From assembly GCF_009914755.1 (NCBI RefSeq), contig NC_060943.1: 64,000 nt of DNA. One strand, 5' to 3'. The position numbers were made by a program, and so were the translations under genes. This document shows positions 26,967 to 41,300 of this stretch, one piece after another. Below the pieces are notes generated by a model, which worked only from the letters and a program-made list of their open reading frames with translations, did not search any database and had not been told where the DNA came from. How positions within the stretch are numbered: the first letter of the stretch is position 1; each line of letters begins with the position of its first letter. This DNA is from the human T2T-CHM13v2.0 reference genome, Homo sapiens.

Positions 26967-29372
26967 GAGCCATTGAAAGGAACAACACCCTTGATGCAGA
27001 AGATTTAGCACCACTATCTCTGTTCCATCTGGGCTTATATGTACTTTTACTTTTTGGTGGTGAAATTGGCTGATGATTTTCCTTTTTCTTCCCTGGACTA
27101 TTGTGCCAACTGCCAGGCTGCCTCCTGCCCTTACAGCCCTAAATGGCTGCCTTCTTTCCATCAACTCCCAACTTCTTCCAGTGAAATTTAATTGTCTCAA
27201 TGCCTCCCCCTCCCCCATTCTCTCCATTTTCTCCCAAGAAGCATGACTCGATTATTTGCATATTTTGAGAAACTGCTGCAGATTAGTTCTTTTTGCCAGT
27301 TCTCCCTGGAACTCCTGGCCTTTTGTGGAGGGAGGGATGGACAGAATGGGAATCTTCACTAGAAGCCGTGGGAAGAATTGGAAGTTACATGCTCTATATG
27401 CAATGTCCAGCAGTCTGATAAACTGATGATTCTTAATCAAGATTGTTTTCCTGGTGGGGAAGGGGCTTTTATTTTCTTTTAGAGAGGGGAAAGTGTGAGC
27501 TCTTCCCTTATTCCTAATGGCTATTTTTGAAGCAAAGAAGGCTAGCAACGTTGGCACATGCCACCTGGCAAAGGACCCTTGAGTAAGTGAAGGTCTCCTA
27601 GAACTGGGATTAAGAAACCTTGCTGTCCTCACCTCCAAGGCAGGGACCATCAAGAACCTACAGACTCCATCTCTTCTGCAAGCCTCATGCCAACCCTGGG
27701 CTATTGCTGCTGCCCCTTAAACAGAGGCTGTCCTTAACCCACCTCTCCTGCCCTGTGATATGTCTGCTGAGTTGGCCTGGCCATGTCCAAGAGGCTGTAG
27801 AAAGGGGAGAATGTCAAGGAAGACTTTTGGTTGAGAAGGAGCAGAAAGATGTGTTTTTGCAAAGAAGAAGACCTCTAGGAAGAGCTAGTAGGAATGTACA
27901 TGAAGAAATTAAGTCTGAAACTGGCTTCCTCACTCCCCTGTTTCTCCTTTTCCTATCCTTATAGGCCTGTCCCTTGCCTCTGCCCTGGATTGGCTGGCAC
28001 ACTAAAGGACTTGATGTACATAACTCCTGTCCCTTTTACCCTTACAAGGTGCGGATTGCCCCTGGCTTTGCCTCTTCTTTGTGCCTTTGGCCTGGGGTGC
28101 ATTTCCACCCACCCTTCCATGTGCCTTTCTTTGCCTCTGCAGTCTCATTTCTCATAATTTTGCAAATTACATTTTGTTGCTTTCTTACCTACTATTGGCC
28201 CTAAATAGCAGAAAGAAGAGAAGTGACCTAGAGAACCTCAGATTCTTCATTGAGGATTGGTATAGCCATGATTTCAGCCATAGCAAGTTTTGCTCAACAG
28301 CATATGCGTGGGATTTTGCAAAACTCCTATTCTGATGAATCGCAAAGTAAGGTTGGTAAGAGAAGTGAGTGGTGTGACTCTTACTCCTTAGGTGCCCAGA
28401 ACTTACCATCATCTCTGAAGGTGTTACAGGGAAGTGGTCTCTCCAATCCTTCCCTCCCTCCAGTATTGCCCCCTCTCACTTTAGCATATATTAATTAGCA
28501 GGTTGGGCTAGAGAAATCAGCTGCTATGCGGGTTGATTATTATTATTATTTTTGATCCTTTTCCTTATTTGCCTTCTACTCCCCTTAATCTAATCTAAAA
28601 GCTCTGTTCCATGTAACTGGAGTTCTTTATCCCTCTCTTCCCCTTCCCTTATATATTGAGGCTATGGGGTAGGAGAAAAGTGCACAACCCACCACCCCCT
28701 TTACTGGTGCATTAAAATTTCTTATTTACCCTTTTCTCCCTTCCCATTTCTCCCCACTTTCATCTACCTTTTCTGGCAAAAAGGAGCCTTGTGCTCTCTG
28801 TGACCCTAAGGGCACACTGCACAGGTGAAATTGCCCCATCCAGACCTGGCTCCACTCTTGATTTCTCTTGCCCTCTTCTGCTCTTTTCCTGGTGCTCTTT
28901 TTTCTTTTTTTCTTTTTTTTTTTTTTGTCTTCCAGAACTGCTATATATATATATACACACATATATATTTAATTTTATTATTATTATACTTTAAGTTTTA
29001 GGGTACATGTGCACAACGTGCAGGTTTGTTACATACGTATACATGTGCCATGTTGGTGTGCTGCACCCATTAACTCGTCATTTAGCATTAGGTATATCTC
29101 CTAATGCTATCCCTGCCCCCTCCCTTCTCAGTGGGGTATGGGTAATAGGATAGCCATGGGCTTTTGGGGACCTTTAACTTTTTTTTCCTCTTTTGTTTAT
29201 AAAAACACTAAACATTCAATTCCAGAGAACCAAAAATCCCACCTTCCCACCGAACACTGCTAACGGGCTTGTGTTCTGCTCCATACTTTTTCTCTTTTCT
29301 TTCTGTCTTGTTAATGCTTTTAAAAACAAATGAGTTTTTATATAAATAAAGTATTTAAAGTGTGAAAAAAAA
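26962..29372 (+). pseudogene. CTNND1: 5'-truncated processed pseudogene of CTNND1 (p120 catenin): last 14 codons plus 3' UTR
   Basis: 26964-27008 encodes MEPLKGTTPLMQKI*, the p120ctn C-terminus lacking exon B; UTR-like sequence follows; AATAAA 29345-29350, poly(A) from 29365; 24-bp TSD agaatgcatggggtc(gc/at)ctacatg at 26943-26966 and 29373-29396. Confidence 0.88.
28968..29124 (-). mobile_element. L1PA (about PA4) 3'-end fragment nested in the CTNND1 retrocopy
   Basis: ttattattatactttaagttttagggtacatgtgcacaacgtgcaggtttgttacata...cattaggtatatctcctaatgctatccct is the antisense L1PA 3' UTR end. Confidence 0.92.
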
Positions 29373-32300
29373 AGAATGCATGGGGTCATCTACATGTCTT
29401 TTTTATTAGACTGTCTGGTGTTGGCCAGTAGTCCCTCCCATAAGAATGCCTGGGGTCGAACAAGAGTCTCTCCCATGAAAATGGCTGGGATCACTCAGGC
29501 TTTTCTTTTATTACAATGCCTGGGGTCAGCCGGGAATTTTTCCCGCTAGAATGCTTGTCGCCCAATTGTCTCTAGCATTAGACTGCCTGGGTTTGGCAAA
29601 GTGTGTCTCTCATAATAATGCCTGTGGTCGTCAAGGTGTCTCTATCATTAGACTGCCTGGGGACACTGGGGAGGTATCTCCCATTAGAATGCCTAGGCTT
29701 GCCCAGGTGTCTTTATAATTAGACTGCCTGGGTTCAGCCAGGATTATCTCCCAAGACAATGCCTGGGTTCAGAAGAGAGTCTTTCCTATTAGAATGACTG
29801 GAATCGCCAAGGTGTCTCTATTATTAGAATGTCTGTGGTCACCAAGAGTCTCTCCTTTTAAAATGCTTAGGCTCACGCAGGTGTCTGTATCATTAAAAAA
29901 TCTGGGGACTGTCAATAGTCTCTCCCTTTAGAATACGGGGGTGGCCAAGGTGTCTCTATCATTAGACTGCCTGGGGTCGGCCAGCAGTCTCTCCCATTAG
30001 AATGTCTGGGGCCAGCCAAAAGTTTCTCCCATTAGAATACATGAGGTTTCCCAGGTGTCTCTATCATTAGATTGCTCGGGGCCGGCTGGGAGTCTCTCCC
30101 ATTGAAATGTCTAAAGTCACCCAGGTGTCTCTATTATTAGATTGTCTGTGCCTGTGGTTGCCCGGTAGTCTCTTTTATTAAAATCCTTTTGGTCACTCCA
30201 GTGTCTCTATCATTAGACTGCCTGAGATCGGCTGAGAGTCTCTCTCATTAGAATGCCTGGGTCCGCAGGGAGTCTCTTTCATTAGAATGCCTGAAATCGC
30301 CCACATGTCTGTATCATTACAATGCCTGGGGTTGCCCAGGTGTCTCTGTCATTAGAATGCCTGGAATAGGCAAGGAGCATCTCTCATTAGAATGCCTGGG
30401 TTCACTCAGATGTCTCTATCATTAGGCAGCATGGGGTCGGCCAAGAATCTTTCCCATTAGAATGCCTGGGGTCGTCCAAGTGTCTCTATCATTAGGTGGC
30501 ATGGGGCCCGCCAGGAGTTTCTCCCATTAGAATGAGTTTGGTCGCTCACGTGTCCTATAATTAGACTGCCTGGGTTTGGCCCAGACTCTCTCCCATTAGA
30601 ATGTGTGGGGTTGCCCCGCAGTCTCTATACTTAGACTGCCTGAAGTCAGACAAGTGTCTCTTTTACTAGAATGACTGGGGTTCGCTGGGAGTCTCTTTGA
30701 TTAGAATGAATCAGGTCTCCACGTTGTCTCTCTCATCAGACTGCCTGTGGTTAGCCGATACTCTATTAGAACGCCTGGGGTCGCCCAGCTGTCTCTATCA
30801 TTAGACTGCCTGGGATTGGATGGGGGTCTCTCCCATCACAATGCCTGAAGTCAACCAGGTATTTCTATCATTAGACTGCCTGGAGTCAAACGGGAGTCAC
30901 TTTCAGTAGAATGCCTGGGATAGCCCAAGTGTCTCTGTAATTAGACTGTCTGGTGTCGGTCAGGAGTCTCTCCTGTTAGAATGTCTGGGATCACCCGGGT
31001 GTCTCTATCCTTAAATTTCCTTGGGTCAGTCAGGATTCTCTCCAATTAAAATGCCTGTGGTCAGCCATTAGCCTCTCCCATTAGAATGCCTGTAGTTGCC
31101 CAGTTGTCACTATCAGACTGCCTAGAATCTCTCCAATCAGAATACTGGGTTCGCCCAAGTTTCTCTATCATTAGACTGTCTGTTGTCAGCCAGGAGTCTC
31201 TCCCATTAGAATGCCTGGGGTGGCCCAGGTATCTCTATCATTAGAATGCCTGTGGTAGGACGGGAATCTCTTCCATTAGAATGTCTTGGGACTTCCAGGT
31301 GTCAATACCATTAGACTGCTTGTGGTCAGCTGGGAGTCTCCTCCATTGGAACGCCTGGGATTGCCCAAGTGTCTTTATAATTAAACAGCCAGTGTTCGGC
31401 TGGCAATCTCTTTCATTAGACTGTCTGGCTTAGCCCAGCTGTCTTTATGATTAGACTGCCTGGGGTCGGTCAGAAGTCTCCCCATTAAAACACCTGGGGT
31501 AGACCGGGAGTCTCTGCCATTAAAATGACTGGAGTCATCCAGGTGTTTTTTATGATTAGACTGTTGGGGATCAGCCAGGTGTCTCCCCATTAGAAAGCCT
31601 GGTTTCAGCCTTGTTGTCTCCCATTAGAATGCTTAGGGTCGCTCAGGTGTCTCTATCATTAAAATAACTGGGGGCTCCCAAATGTCTCTATCATTAGAAT
31701 GCCTGGGGTTGGCCGAGAGTCTCTCACATTAGAATGCTTGCCGTCACCAAGAAGCCTCTATCATCAGACTGCTTAGGGTCAGCCTGGGGTTTCTCCTATT
31801 AGAAAGCCTGGAGTCACCCAGGTGTCTATAATTAGACTGCTTGGGTCAGCCAGGAATCTCTCCTATTAGAATGCCTGTGTCCACTCACGTGTCTCTATTA
31901 TTAGACTGCCTGGGGTCGGCCGGGAGTCTCTTTCATTAGAATGCCTGGGTTTGCTCAGGTGTCTCTATCCATTGGCTGCCTGGGTTCGGCCAGGATTCTC
32001 TCCCATTAGAATGCCTGGGGTCAGCCAGGAGTCTCTTCCATTAGAGTGCCTGTGGTGGCCCAGGTTATCACTTTAAATAGACTGTCTGGGGTCCGCCAGG
32101 TGTCTCTTTCATTAGAATGCCTGGAGTAACCCTGGTATCTCTATCACTAGACAGCCTGTGGTCAGACAGAAGTCTCTTTATTAGAATGCCTGGGGTTGGC
32201 CAGGAGTCTCTCACATTAGAATTCCTGGGATCACCCAGGTGTCTTTACCATTACAATGCTTGGGGTTGCCCACTTGTCTTTATCATTAGAATGCCAAAGT

Positions 32301-35300
32301 TTTGTCAGGAGTCTCTCCCATTAGAATGCCTGGGGTCGCCAAGATGTTTCTACCATTAGACTACATTGTGTCAGCCAGGAGTTTCTCCCATCAGAATGAC
32401 AGGGGTCAACCAGGGGTCTCTATCATCAGAATTACTGGGGTCAGCTGGAGGTCTCTCCCGTAAGAATGCCTAAAGTCGCCCAGGTGTTTCTATCATTAGG
32501 CTGGCTGGGGTTGCACAAGTGTCTCTATCATTAGGATGTCTGGGTCATCCGGAAGTGTCTTCCATTAGAATGTGTGGTGTCATTCAATTGTCTCTATAAT
32601 TAGACTGCCTGGGGTCCATGGGTAGTGTCTCCCATTAAAATGCTGGGGATTGCCCAGGAGTCTGTATAATTGAACTGCCTATTGTCGGCCAAAAATCTCA
32701 CCCATTAGAATGTCTGGGGTCACCCTGGTGTCTCTATCATTAGATTCCCTGGGTTCTGCCAGGAGTCTCTCCCATTAGAATGCTGGGATCACCCAGGAGT
32801 CTCTATCCTTAGACTGCCTCGAGTAGGACACAAGTCTCTTCTATTAGAATCACTGTGTTTAAGCAAGAGTCTCTCTTATTAGAATCCCTGGGGTCGCCAA
32901 TGTATCTCTATCATTAGACTGCCTGGGGTGGCAAAGGTGTCTCTATCATTATATTATAATGCCTGGGGTCGCCCAAGTGTCTCTAACATTAGAATGCCTC
33001 GGATCAGCCAGGAGTCTGTCTCATTAGAAAGCCTGCAGTCACCCAAGTTTCTCTATCACTTTGCCTGGGTTTGGCTGGGAGTCTTTTTCATTAGAATGCC
33101 TGGGGTCTCCCAGGACTCTGCATAATTAGACTGCCTGGGTTTGGCCAGGAGTTTCTTCTGTTCATTAGACTGCCTGGGGTCAGCCAGGAGTCTCTTTCAT
33201 TAGAATGCTTGTGGTCGCCTATATGTCTCTATCATTAGACTGCCTGGGGTGGGCCAGGAGCCTATCCCATTAGAATGCCTGGGGTAGCCCTGCTGTCTGT
33301 ATAATTAGACTGACTGTGGTCAACTAGGAATCTCTCCCATTAGAATGCCTGGGGTCTCCCAGGTGTGTCTATCATTACATTGCCTTAGGTCAGCAAGCAG
33401 TCGCTCTCATTACAATGCCTGGGGTCGCCCTGGTATCTCTATCATTAAACTGCCTGAGGTTGGCAGGGAGTCTCCCCCATTAGAATGTGTGGGTTTGACT
33501 GCAGTCACTCCCATTAGACTGTCTGGAGTCACAGAGGTGTCTCTATCATTAGAATGCCTAAGGTTGTCTGGGAGCCTCTCCCATTAGAATGCCTGGAGTA
33601 GCCCAATTGTCTCTATCATCACACTGCCTGGGGTTGGCCGGGGGTCTTTTTCATTACAATGTCTGGGGTCTCCCAGAAGTGTGTAAAATTAAACTGCCTG
33701 GGGCAGGTCAGGAGTCTCTCCTATTAAAATGCCTGGGGTCACCCAAGTGTCTCTATCATTAGACTGCCTGGATTTGGCTGGGAGTCCCTCTCATTAGAAT
33801 GCCTGGAGGTACCAAGGAGCTTTTATCCTTAGATAGCCTGAAGGCGGACAAGAGTCTTTTCCATTACAATCACTGAGGTTGGCCAGGAGTCTCTCCCATT
33901 AGAATGCCTGGGGTCGCCCAGGTGCCTCTATCATTAGATTGCCTGGGGTTGGCCAGGAGTCTCTTTCATTAGAATGCCCGGGGTCTCCCATGTGTCTCTA
34001 TAATTAGACTGCCAGTGGTCAACTAGAAATCTTTCCCATTAGAATGCCTGGGGTCACCCAGGTGTCTCTATCCACAGACTGCCTTGGTCAGCCAGGAGTC
34101 TCTCCCATTAGAATGCCTGTGTTCACTCAGTTGTCACTTAAATTAGACTGCAAGATGTCGGCCAGGAGTCTCTTCCATTATAATGTCTGGGGTCACTCAA
34201 GTGTCTCTATCATTAGACTGCCTGTGGTCAGCCAGGAGTCTCTCCATTAGAATGCCTGGGGTTGCCAGGAGTCTCTCACATAAAAAAATGCCTGTTGTAG
34301 CCCAGGTGTCTCTATTACTAAAATGCTCACTTGTCTCTATCATTAGAATGCCAGGGTTTGGCCAGGAGTTTCTTTCAGTAGAATGCCTGGGGTCGACCAG
34401 GTGTTTGTATCACTAGACTGCCTTGGGCTGGTTGGTTGTCTCTCTCATTAAAATGTCTAGTGTCGCCCAGTGTCTCTATCATTAGAATACCTGGGGTTGG
34501 CCCTGGGCCTCTCCCATAAGAATGCCTCAGGTTCCCCAGGTGTCTCTATCATTAGACAGCCTGGGGTCGCACAGGTGTCTCTATCATTAGAATGGGGTCA
34601 TCCAGGAGTCTCTCCCATTAGAATGTCTGGGGTCACCTAAGTGTCTCTATAATCACACTGCCTGGGTTCAGCTGGGAGTCTCTTTCATTAGAATGCCTGC
34701 AGTCACCCAGGAGTCTGTATAATTAGACTGTCTGGATTCAGCCAGGAGTCTCTCCCATTAAAATGCCTGATGTTGCTCAGCTGTGTATCCTTAGACTGTC
34801 TTGCTTGGGCTGGGAATTTGTCTTATTAGAATGCCTGGAGTCGCCCAGGAATCTCACCTGCCTAGGGTCAGACAAGAGTCTCTTCCATTAGAATCACTGA
34901 GGGTGGCTGGGAGTCTCTCCCATTAGAATGACTGGGGTTGCCCACGTGTCTCTATTATTAGACTGCCTGGGGTTAGCCAGGAGTCTCTCTCATTAGAATG
35001 CCTGGTTTCGCTTACGTGTCTTTATCATTTGACCACCTGGGGTCAGCCAGGAATCTCTCTTATTAGAATGCCTGGTGTTGGCTGGGAGTTTCTCCCATTT
35101 GTGTGCCTGGGGTCACACAGGTGTCCCTATCATTACAATGCTTGCCATCTTCCAGATGTCTCCATCATTACAATGCCTCTGGATGACCGGGAGTCTCTCC
35201 CATTAAAATGCCTGCGATTGCCTAGGTGTCTCTATCATAAGACTGCCTGGGATCGCATGAGAGTCTCTCCCATTAGAATGCCTCTGGTTGCTCAGGTGTC

Positions 35301-38300
35301 TCTATCTTTAGACTTCCTTATGTCAGCCGGGAGTCTCTCATATTAGAATGCCTTGGTGTTGCTCAGGAGTCTCTAACCTTAAACTGCCTGGGATCAGACA
35401 AGTCTTTCCCATTAGAATCACTGGGGTGGGCTGAGCCTCTCCCATTAGAATGACTGAGGTCGCCCAGGTGTCTACTGTTAGACTGCCTGGGGTTAGCCAG
35501 GAGTCTCTCCCTTTAGAATGCCTGGTTTTGCCCAGATGTCTTTATCATTTGACTGCCTGGGTTCAGCCAGGAATCTCTCTCATTAGACTGCCTGGTGTCT
35601 GCTGGGAGTCTCTCCCATTTGAGTGCCTGGGGTCGCACAGGTGTCTCTATCATGACAATACCTGAGATCGTTCAGGTGCCTCCATCATTACAATGAGTGT
35701 GGACGATGGGGAACCTCTCCCATTACAATACCTGTGGTCGCCCAGGTGTCTCTATCATTAGAATGCCTGCCATTCTAATGTCAGTTGGGAATCTCTCCCA
35801 TTAGAATACCTGAGCTCGAGGAGCTGTCTCTATCATTAGACAGCCTGCAGTCGGCCAGTAGTTTCTCCCTTTAGAATGCCTGGGGTCGTCCAGATGTCTT
35901 TATCATTAGACTGCCCAGGGTCAGCCAGGTGTCTGTCTTATTAGAATGACTGGGGTCAGCTGGCAGTATCTCCCATTAGAATGTCTGTGGTTGCCCAGGT
36001 GTCTCTATATTTAGACAGCCTGGGGTCTACCTGGAGTCTTTCCTGTTAGAATGCCTGTGGTCACCCATGTGTCTTTATCATTAGACTGCTTGGGTTCGGC
36101 CAGGAGTCTCTCCCATTAGAATGGCTGAAGTTGGCCGGGAGTCTCCCCCATTAGAATGCCTGTGGTTGCCCAGGTGTTTCTATCATTAGAATGCCTGAGG
36201 TCGGTTAGGGGTCTCTCCCATTAGAATTCCTGTGGTTACCCAGGTGTCCCTATTAGACTAACTTGGTTGGGCCAGGAGTCTCTCCCACTGGAATGCATGG
36301 GGTTGCCCAGGTGTCTTTTTCATTAGACTACCTTGTGTTGGCCAGTAGTCTCTCCCATAAAAATCCCTGGGGTTGACCGAGAGTCTCTCCCATTAAAATG
36401 CCTGGGGTCAAACATGTTGCTCTATAATTACAATGTCTGGGGTTGGTCAGGGGTCTCTGCCATAAGAATGCCTAGTGTGGCCCAGCTGTCTCTATCACTA
36501 GACTGCCTAAGTTCGGCAAAAAGTCTCTCCCATAATAAGGCCTGTGGTCACCCAGGTGTCTCTATCATAAGACTGCCTGCTGTTGGTCAAGGATCTCTTC
36601 CCTTAGAATGCTTCGGTTCACCCAGGTGTCTCTATAATTAGGCTGCCTGAATTCAGTCAGGAGTCTCTCTTAAGACAATGCCTGGGTTCACCCAGGAATC
36701 TCTCTTATTAAAATGATGAGGGTCACCAACGCGTCTCTATTATTAGAATGCCTGGGCTCACGCAGGTGTCTCTATCATCAGACAGCCTGTGGTCGACCGG
36801 TAGTCTCTCCCTTTAGAATGCCTGTGGTCGCCCAGGTGTCTTTATCATTAGATGGCCTGAGGTTGGCCAGCAATTTCTCCCATTAGAATGCCTGGGGTCA
36901 GCCAGGAGTCTCTTTCATTAGAATGCCTGAGGTCTCCAAGGTTCCTCTATCATTAGAATGTTCAGGGACAGCTGGGAGTGTTTCCCATTGAAATGCCTAG
37001 GGTTGTCCAGGGGTCTCTATTATTGTACTGCCTGGGGTCAGCCAGGGTTCTCTGCCATTAGAATGCCTAGGGTCACCCAAGTGTCTGTATCATTGGACTG
37101 CCTGGAGTCGCCTAGTAGTCTCTCCCATTAGAATTTCTGCGGTAGCCTAGATGCCTCTATGATAGGGCTGCCTAATATCAGCCAGGAATCTGTTTCATTA
37201 GAATGCCTGGGGTAAGCAGGGAGTCTTTTCCATTAGAATGCCTGAAGTCGCCCATGTGTCTCTATCATTAGAATGCCTGGGGTCACCCAGGTGTTTCTAT
37301 AATTAGACCGTCTGGGGTCGACCAGGAGTCTCTCCCATTAGAATGACGGGGGTCGCCCAGGTGTTTCTATCATTAGACTACCTGGAGTTGGCAGGGGGTC
37401 CCTTTCATTAGAATGCCTGAGGTCACCCAGTTGTCTCTATTTTTAGACTACCTTGGGCTGGCGCAATCCTCTCTCATTGGAATGCCTGTGGATGCCCAGG
37501 TGTCTCTAAGCTCATACTGCTTAGGTAGGCCAGCAGTTTCTCCTATTAGATTTCCTGGGGTCGGCCAGGAATCTCTCCCATTAAAATGTCTGGGGTTGCC
37601 CAGGGGTCTCTATCAGTAGAAATCCTGGGGTCGGTGGTGACTCTTTTTTATTAGAATGCATAGGGTTGCACAGGTGTCTCTATCATTAGACTGCCTGGGC
37701 TCAACCAGGAGTCTCTTCCATTAAAATTCTGGGGGTCACTCGTGTTTCTGTCATTAGGCCACCTGGTGTTGGCTGAAAGTATCTTTCGTTAGAATGCCTT
37801 GGGTCGCCCAGTTTTTACTTTCATTAGATTACCTGGGGTTGACCAGGAGTCTCTCTCATTTCAATGCCTTCAGTTGCCCAGGTGTCCCTATTGTTAGATT
37901 GCTTGCTGTCTGCAAGGAATCTCTCCCATTAGAATGCCTTGTGTTGGCCGAGAGTCTCTCCCATTAGAATGTCTGGAATTGCCCAGGTTTTTATATGATG
38001 AGACTGCCTGGGGTCGGCCAGGGGTATCTTTCTCTCGAATGCCTGGGTTCATGCAGCTGTCTCTATAATTAGACAGCTTTGAGTCAGCCAGGAGTCTTTC
38101 ACATTAGAATGCCTGTTGTCGCCCAAGTGTCTCTATCATTAGACTGCCTGGTGTCAGCTGGGAGTCTCTCCCGTTAGAATGGCTAGGTTCACCCCAGTGT
38201 CTTTATCATTAGTCTGCCAGTGGTCAGCTAGAAGTCTCTCTCATTAGAACGCCTGGGGTCGGTCAGGAGTCTCTCCCATTAGAACACCTGGGATTGCCCA

Positions 38301-41300
38301 GGTGTCTCTATCATTAGACTGCCTTGGCTCAGTGGGGAGTCTCTCTCATTTGAATGTGTGGTGTCACCAGATGTCTCTATCATTAGACTGTCTGGGGTCA
38401 GCCAGGAGTCTCTCCCTTTGTAATGTCTGGGACCAACCAGGTTTCTCTATTATTAGACTGCCTGGTTTGTATGAAAGTCTCTCCCATTGGAAAGCCTGGG
38501 GTCGACCAGGTGTCTCTGTCATTAAAATGCCTGGGTTAGGCTGGCAGCCTTCCCATTAGAATGTTTGGGGTCTCCCAGGTGTCTCTATCATTAGACACAC
38601 TGGGTTTAGCCAGGAGTGTCACCCATTAGAAAGCCTGTGGTCGCTCAAATGTCTCCATCATTAGAATGCCACTGGTCGCTCAGGTGTCTCTATCATTAGA
38701 ATGCCTGGGGTCAGCTGGTACCTCTTCCATTTGAATGCCTTCCAGGTGTCTCTATCATTAGACTCCCTGGGTTTGGATGGGAGTCTCTCCCATTAGAAAG
38801 CCTGGGGTTGACAAGATGTTCCTATCATTAGAATGCCTGGTGTCGGCCAAGAACCTATCCCCTTACAATGCCTGGGTTCACCCAGTTGTCTCTACCATGA
38901 AAATGCTTGAGTTTGGCCAGGATTCTCTCCCATCAAAATGCCTGGGGTAGACAATGTATCTCCATAATTTGACAGCCTGGGGTCAGCCAGGAGTGTTTCC
39001 TGTTAGAATGCCGGGGGTCACTCAGGTGTCTTTTTAATTAGACTGACTGGGGTCGGACCGGAGTCTTTTTCATTAAAATGCCAGGGGTCTCCCAGGTGTT
39101 TCTATATTTAGACTGCCTGGGGTTGGCCGTGAGTCTCTCACGTTAGAATACCTGGGTTTGTCCAAGTGTCTTTGTTATTAGACTGTCTGGATAGGCCAGG
39201 AGTCTCTCTAATTAGAATTCCTCGTGTTGCCCAGGTGTCTGTATCATTAGACTGCCTGGGATTAACCAGGAGTCTCTCCCATAAGAATTTCTGGAGTCGC
39301 CCAGGCGTTTCTATCCTTAGACTGCCTTGGGTCAACCAGGAGACTCTCATTAGAATGCCTGGGTTCGGCCAAGAGTCTTTCCCATTAGAATGCCTGGGCT
39401 TACCCAGGTGTCTCTATAATTAGAATGCCTTGGTTTGGCCAAGATTCTCTCCCATGAGAATGCCCGGAGTTGTCCAGGTGTCTCTATCATTAGACTGCCT
39501 GTGGTCAGCAAGAAGTTCTTCTCGTTAGAATGTCTGGGGACGTTAAGGTGTCTCTATCATTAGACTGTCTGGGTTCGGCTGGAAGTCTTTATTATTAGAA
39601 TGCCTGGGGTTGCACAGAGGTCTGTATCATTAGACTGCCTGAGATTGGCCGAGAGTCTCTTTCAGTAGCATTCCTGGGTTCACCCAGGTTCTCTATTATT
39701 AGACTGCCTGGGGTCAGCCAGGTGTTTCTCTCATTAGAATGCCTGGGATTGGACCGGAGTCTCTCCCATTACAATGCCTGGGGTTGCCCAGGTGTCTCTA
39801 TCATTAGACTGCCTGGCATCCGCTGGGAGTTTCTTTCATTGTCTGGTGTTGGCTGGGAGTCTCTGCTATAATATCGCCTGGAGTCGCCTAGGTGTCTCTT
39901 TAGAATGCCTGGGGTCGCCCAGGTGTCTTATTAGACTGTCTTGGGTTGGATGGGATTCTCTTCCATTAGAAAGACTGGGCTCAACAAGGTGTCTCTATCA
40001 TTAGAATGCCTGGGGTTGGCCGGTAGTCTTTCCCATTAGAATGCCTGGGTTCTCTCAGGTGTCTCTTTAGTTAGACCACCTGGGGTCAGCCAGGAGTCTC
40101 TCCCATTAAAATGCTGGGGTTTGGACCAGAGTTTTTCCCATTAGAATGCATTGGGCCGCCCAGGTTTATCATTAGACCGCCTGGGGTCGGCCAGGAGTCT
40201 CTTCCATTAGAATGCCAGATGTGGCCCAGGTTCTTCTATCATTAGAGTACCTGGGGTCGGCCGGGAGTCTCTCACATTTATTAAACTGCCTGACGTCAAC
40301 TGGGAGTCTCTCACATTAGAATTTTTGGGGTCACCCAAGTATGTCTATTATTAGACTGCCTAGGGTCAGCCATGAGTCTCTTTCATTAGAATGCCTGTGA
40401 TCGCCAAGGTGTCTTGGCGAATGCTAACGTGTTTCTATCCTTAGACTGCCTGTGGTCAGCAAGGAGTCTCTCCCATTAGAATGTCTGTGGTCACCCAGGT
40501 GTCTCTAATCTTAGACTGCCTGTGATCGCCCAGGAGTTCGATTTATTAGAATGCCTAGGGTCTCCCAACTGTCTCTATCATAAGAATGCCTGAGGTCGTT
40601 CAGGAGTCTCTTCCATTAGAATGCATCTGGTCGCCCAGGTGTCTCTATCATTAGAATGAATGGGGTCACCTGGAAGTTTCTCCCATTGGATTTCCTGGGG
40701 TCCCCGAGGTGTCTCTATCATTAGACTGCCTGGCGGTCCACACAAGTCTCTCCCATTAGAAAGCCAGGGGTCGACCAGGTGTCTCTATTATTAGAAACCC
40801 TGGAATCAGCCAAAGGTCTGTCCCATTAGAATGCCTGGATTGCCCAGGTGTCTCTATCATTACAATGCCTGGCTTCAGCCAGCAGTCTCTCCCATTATAA
40901 TACCTGGTTTTGCCCAGGTGTTTCCATCATTAGACTGCCCCAGGTCAGCCAGAAGTGTCTCCCATTAAAATGCATGTGTCTCTATCATGATACAGCCTGT
41001 GATCAACTGGTAGTTTCTCCCATTAGAATGCCGGGAATCACTCATGTGTTTTTATCATTAGACTACTTGGTGTCGGCTGGGAGTCTTTCCCATTGGAATG
41101 CCTTGGGTCGTCCAGGTGAATTTATTATTAGACTGTCTGGTGTCTGCGGGAGTCTCTTCCATTACAATGCTTTGAGTTGCACTGGTGTCTCAATCGTTAG
41201 ACTGTTGGGTTCTGCCAGGAGTGTCTCCCATTACAATGCCTTGGGTCACCCTGGTGTTTTTATAATTAGATTTCCTGTTGTCATCTAGGACTCTTTCCTA

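Noticed and set aside
28260-28350. tgatga motif suggesting a box C/D snoRNA
   Set aside because: Inside retrocopied 3' UTR; no convincing terminal stem or D box pairing.
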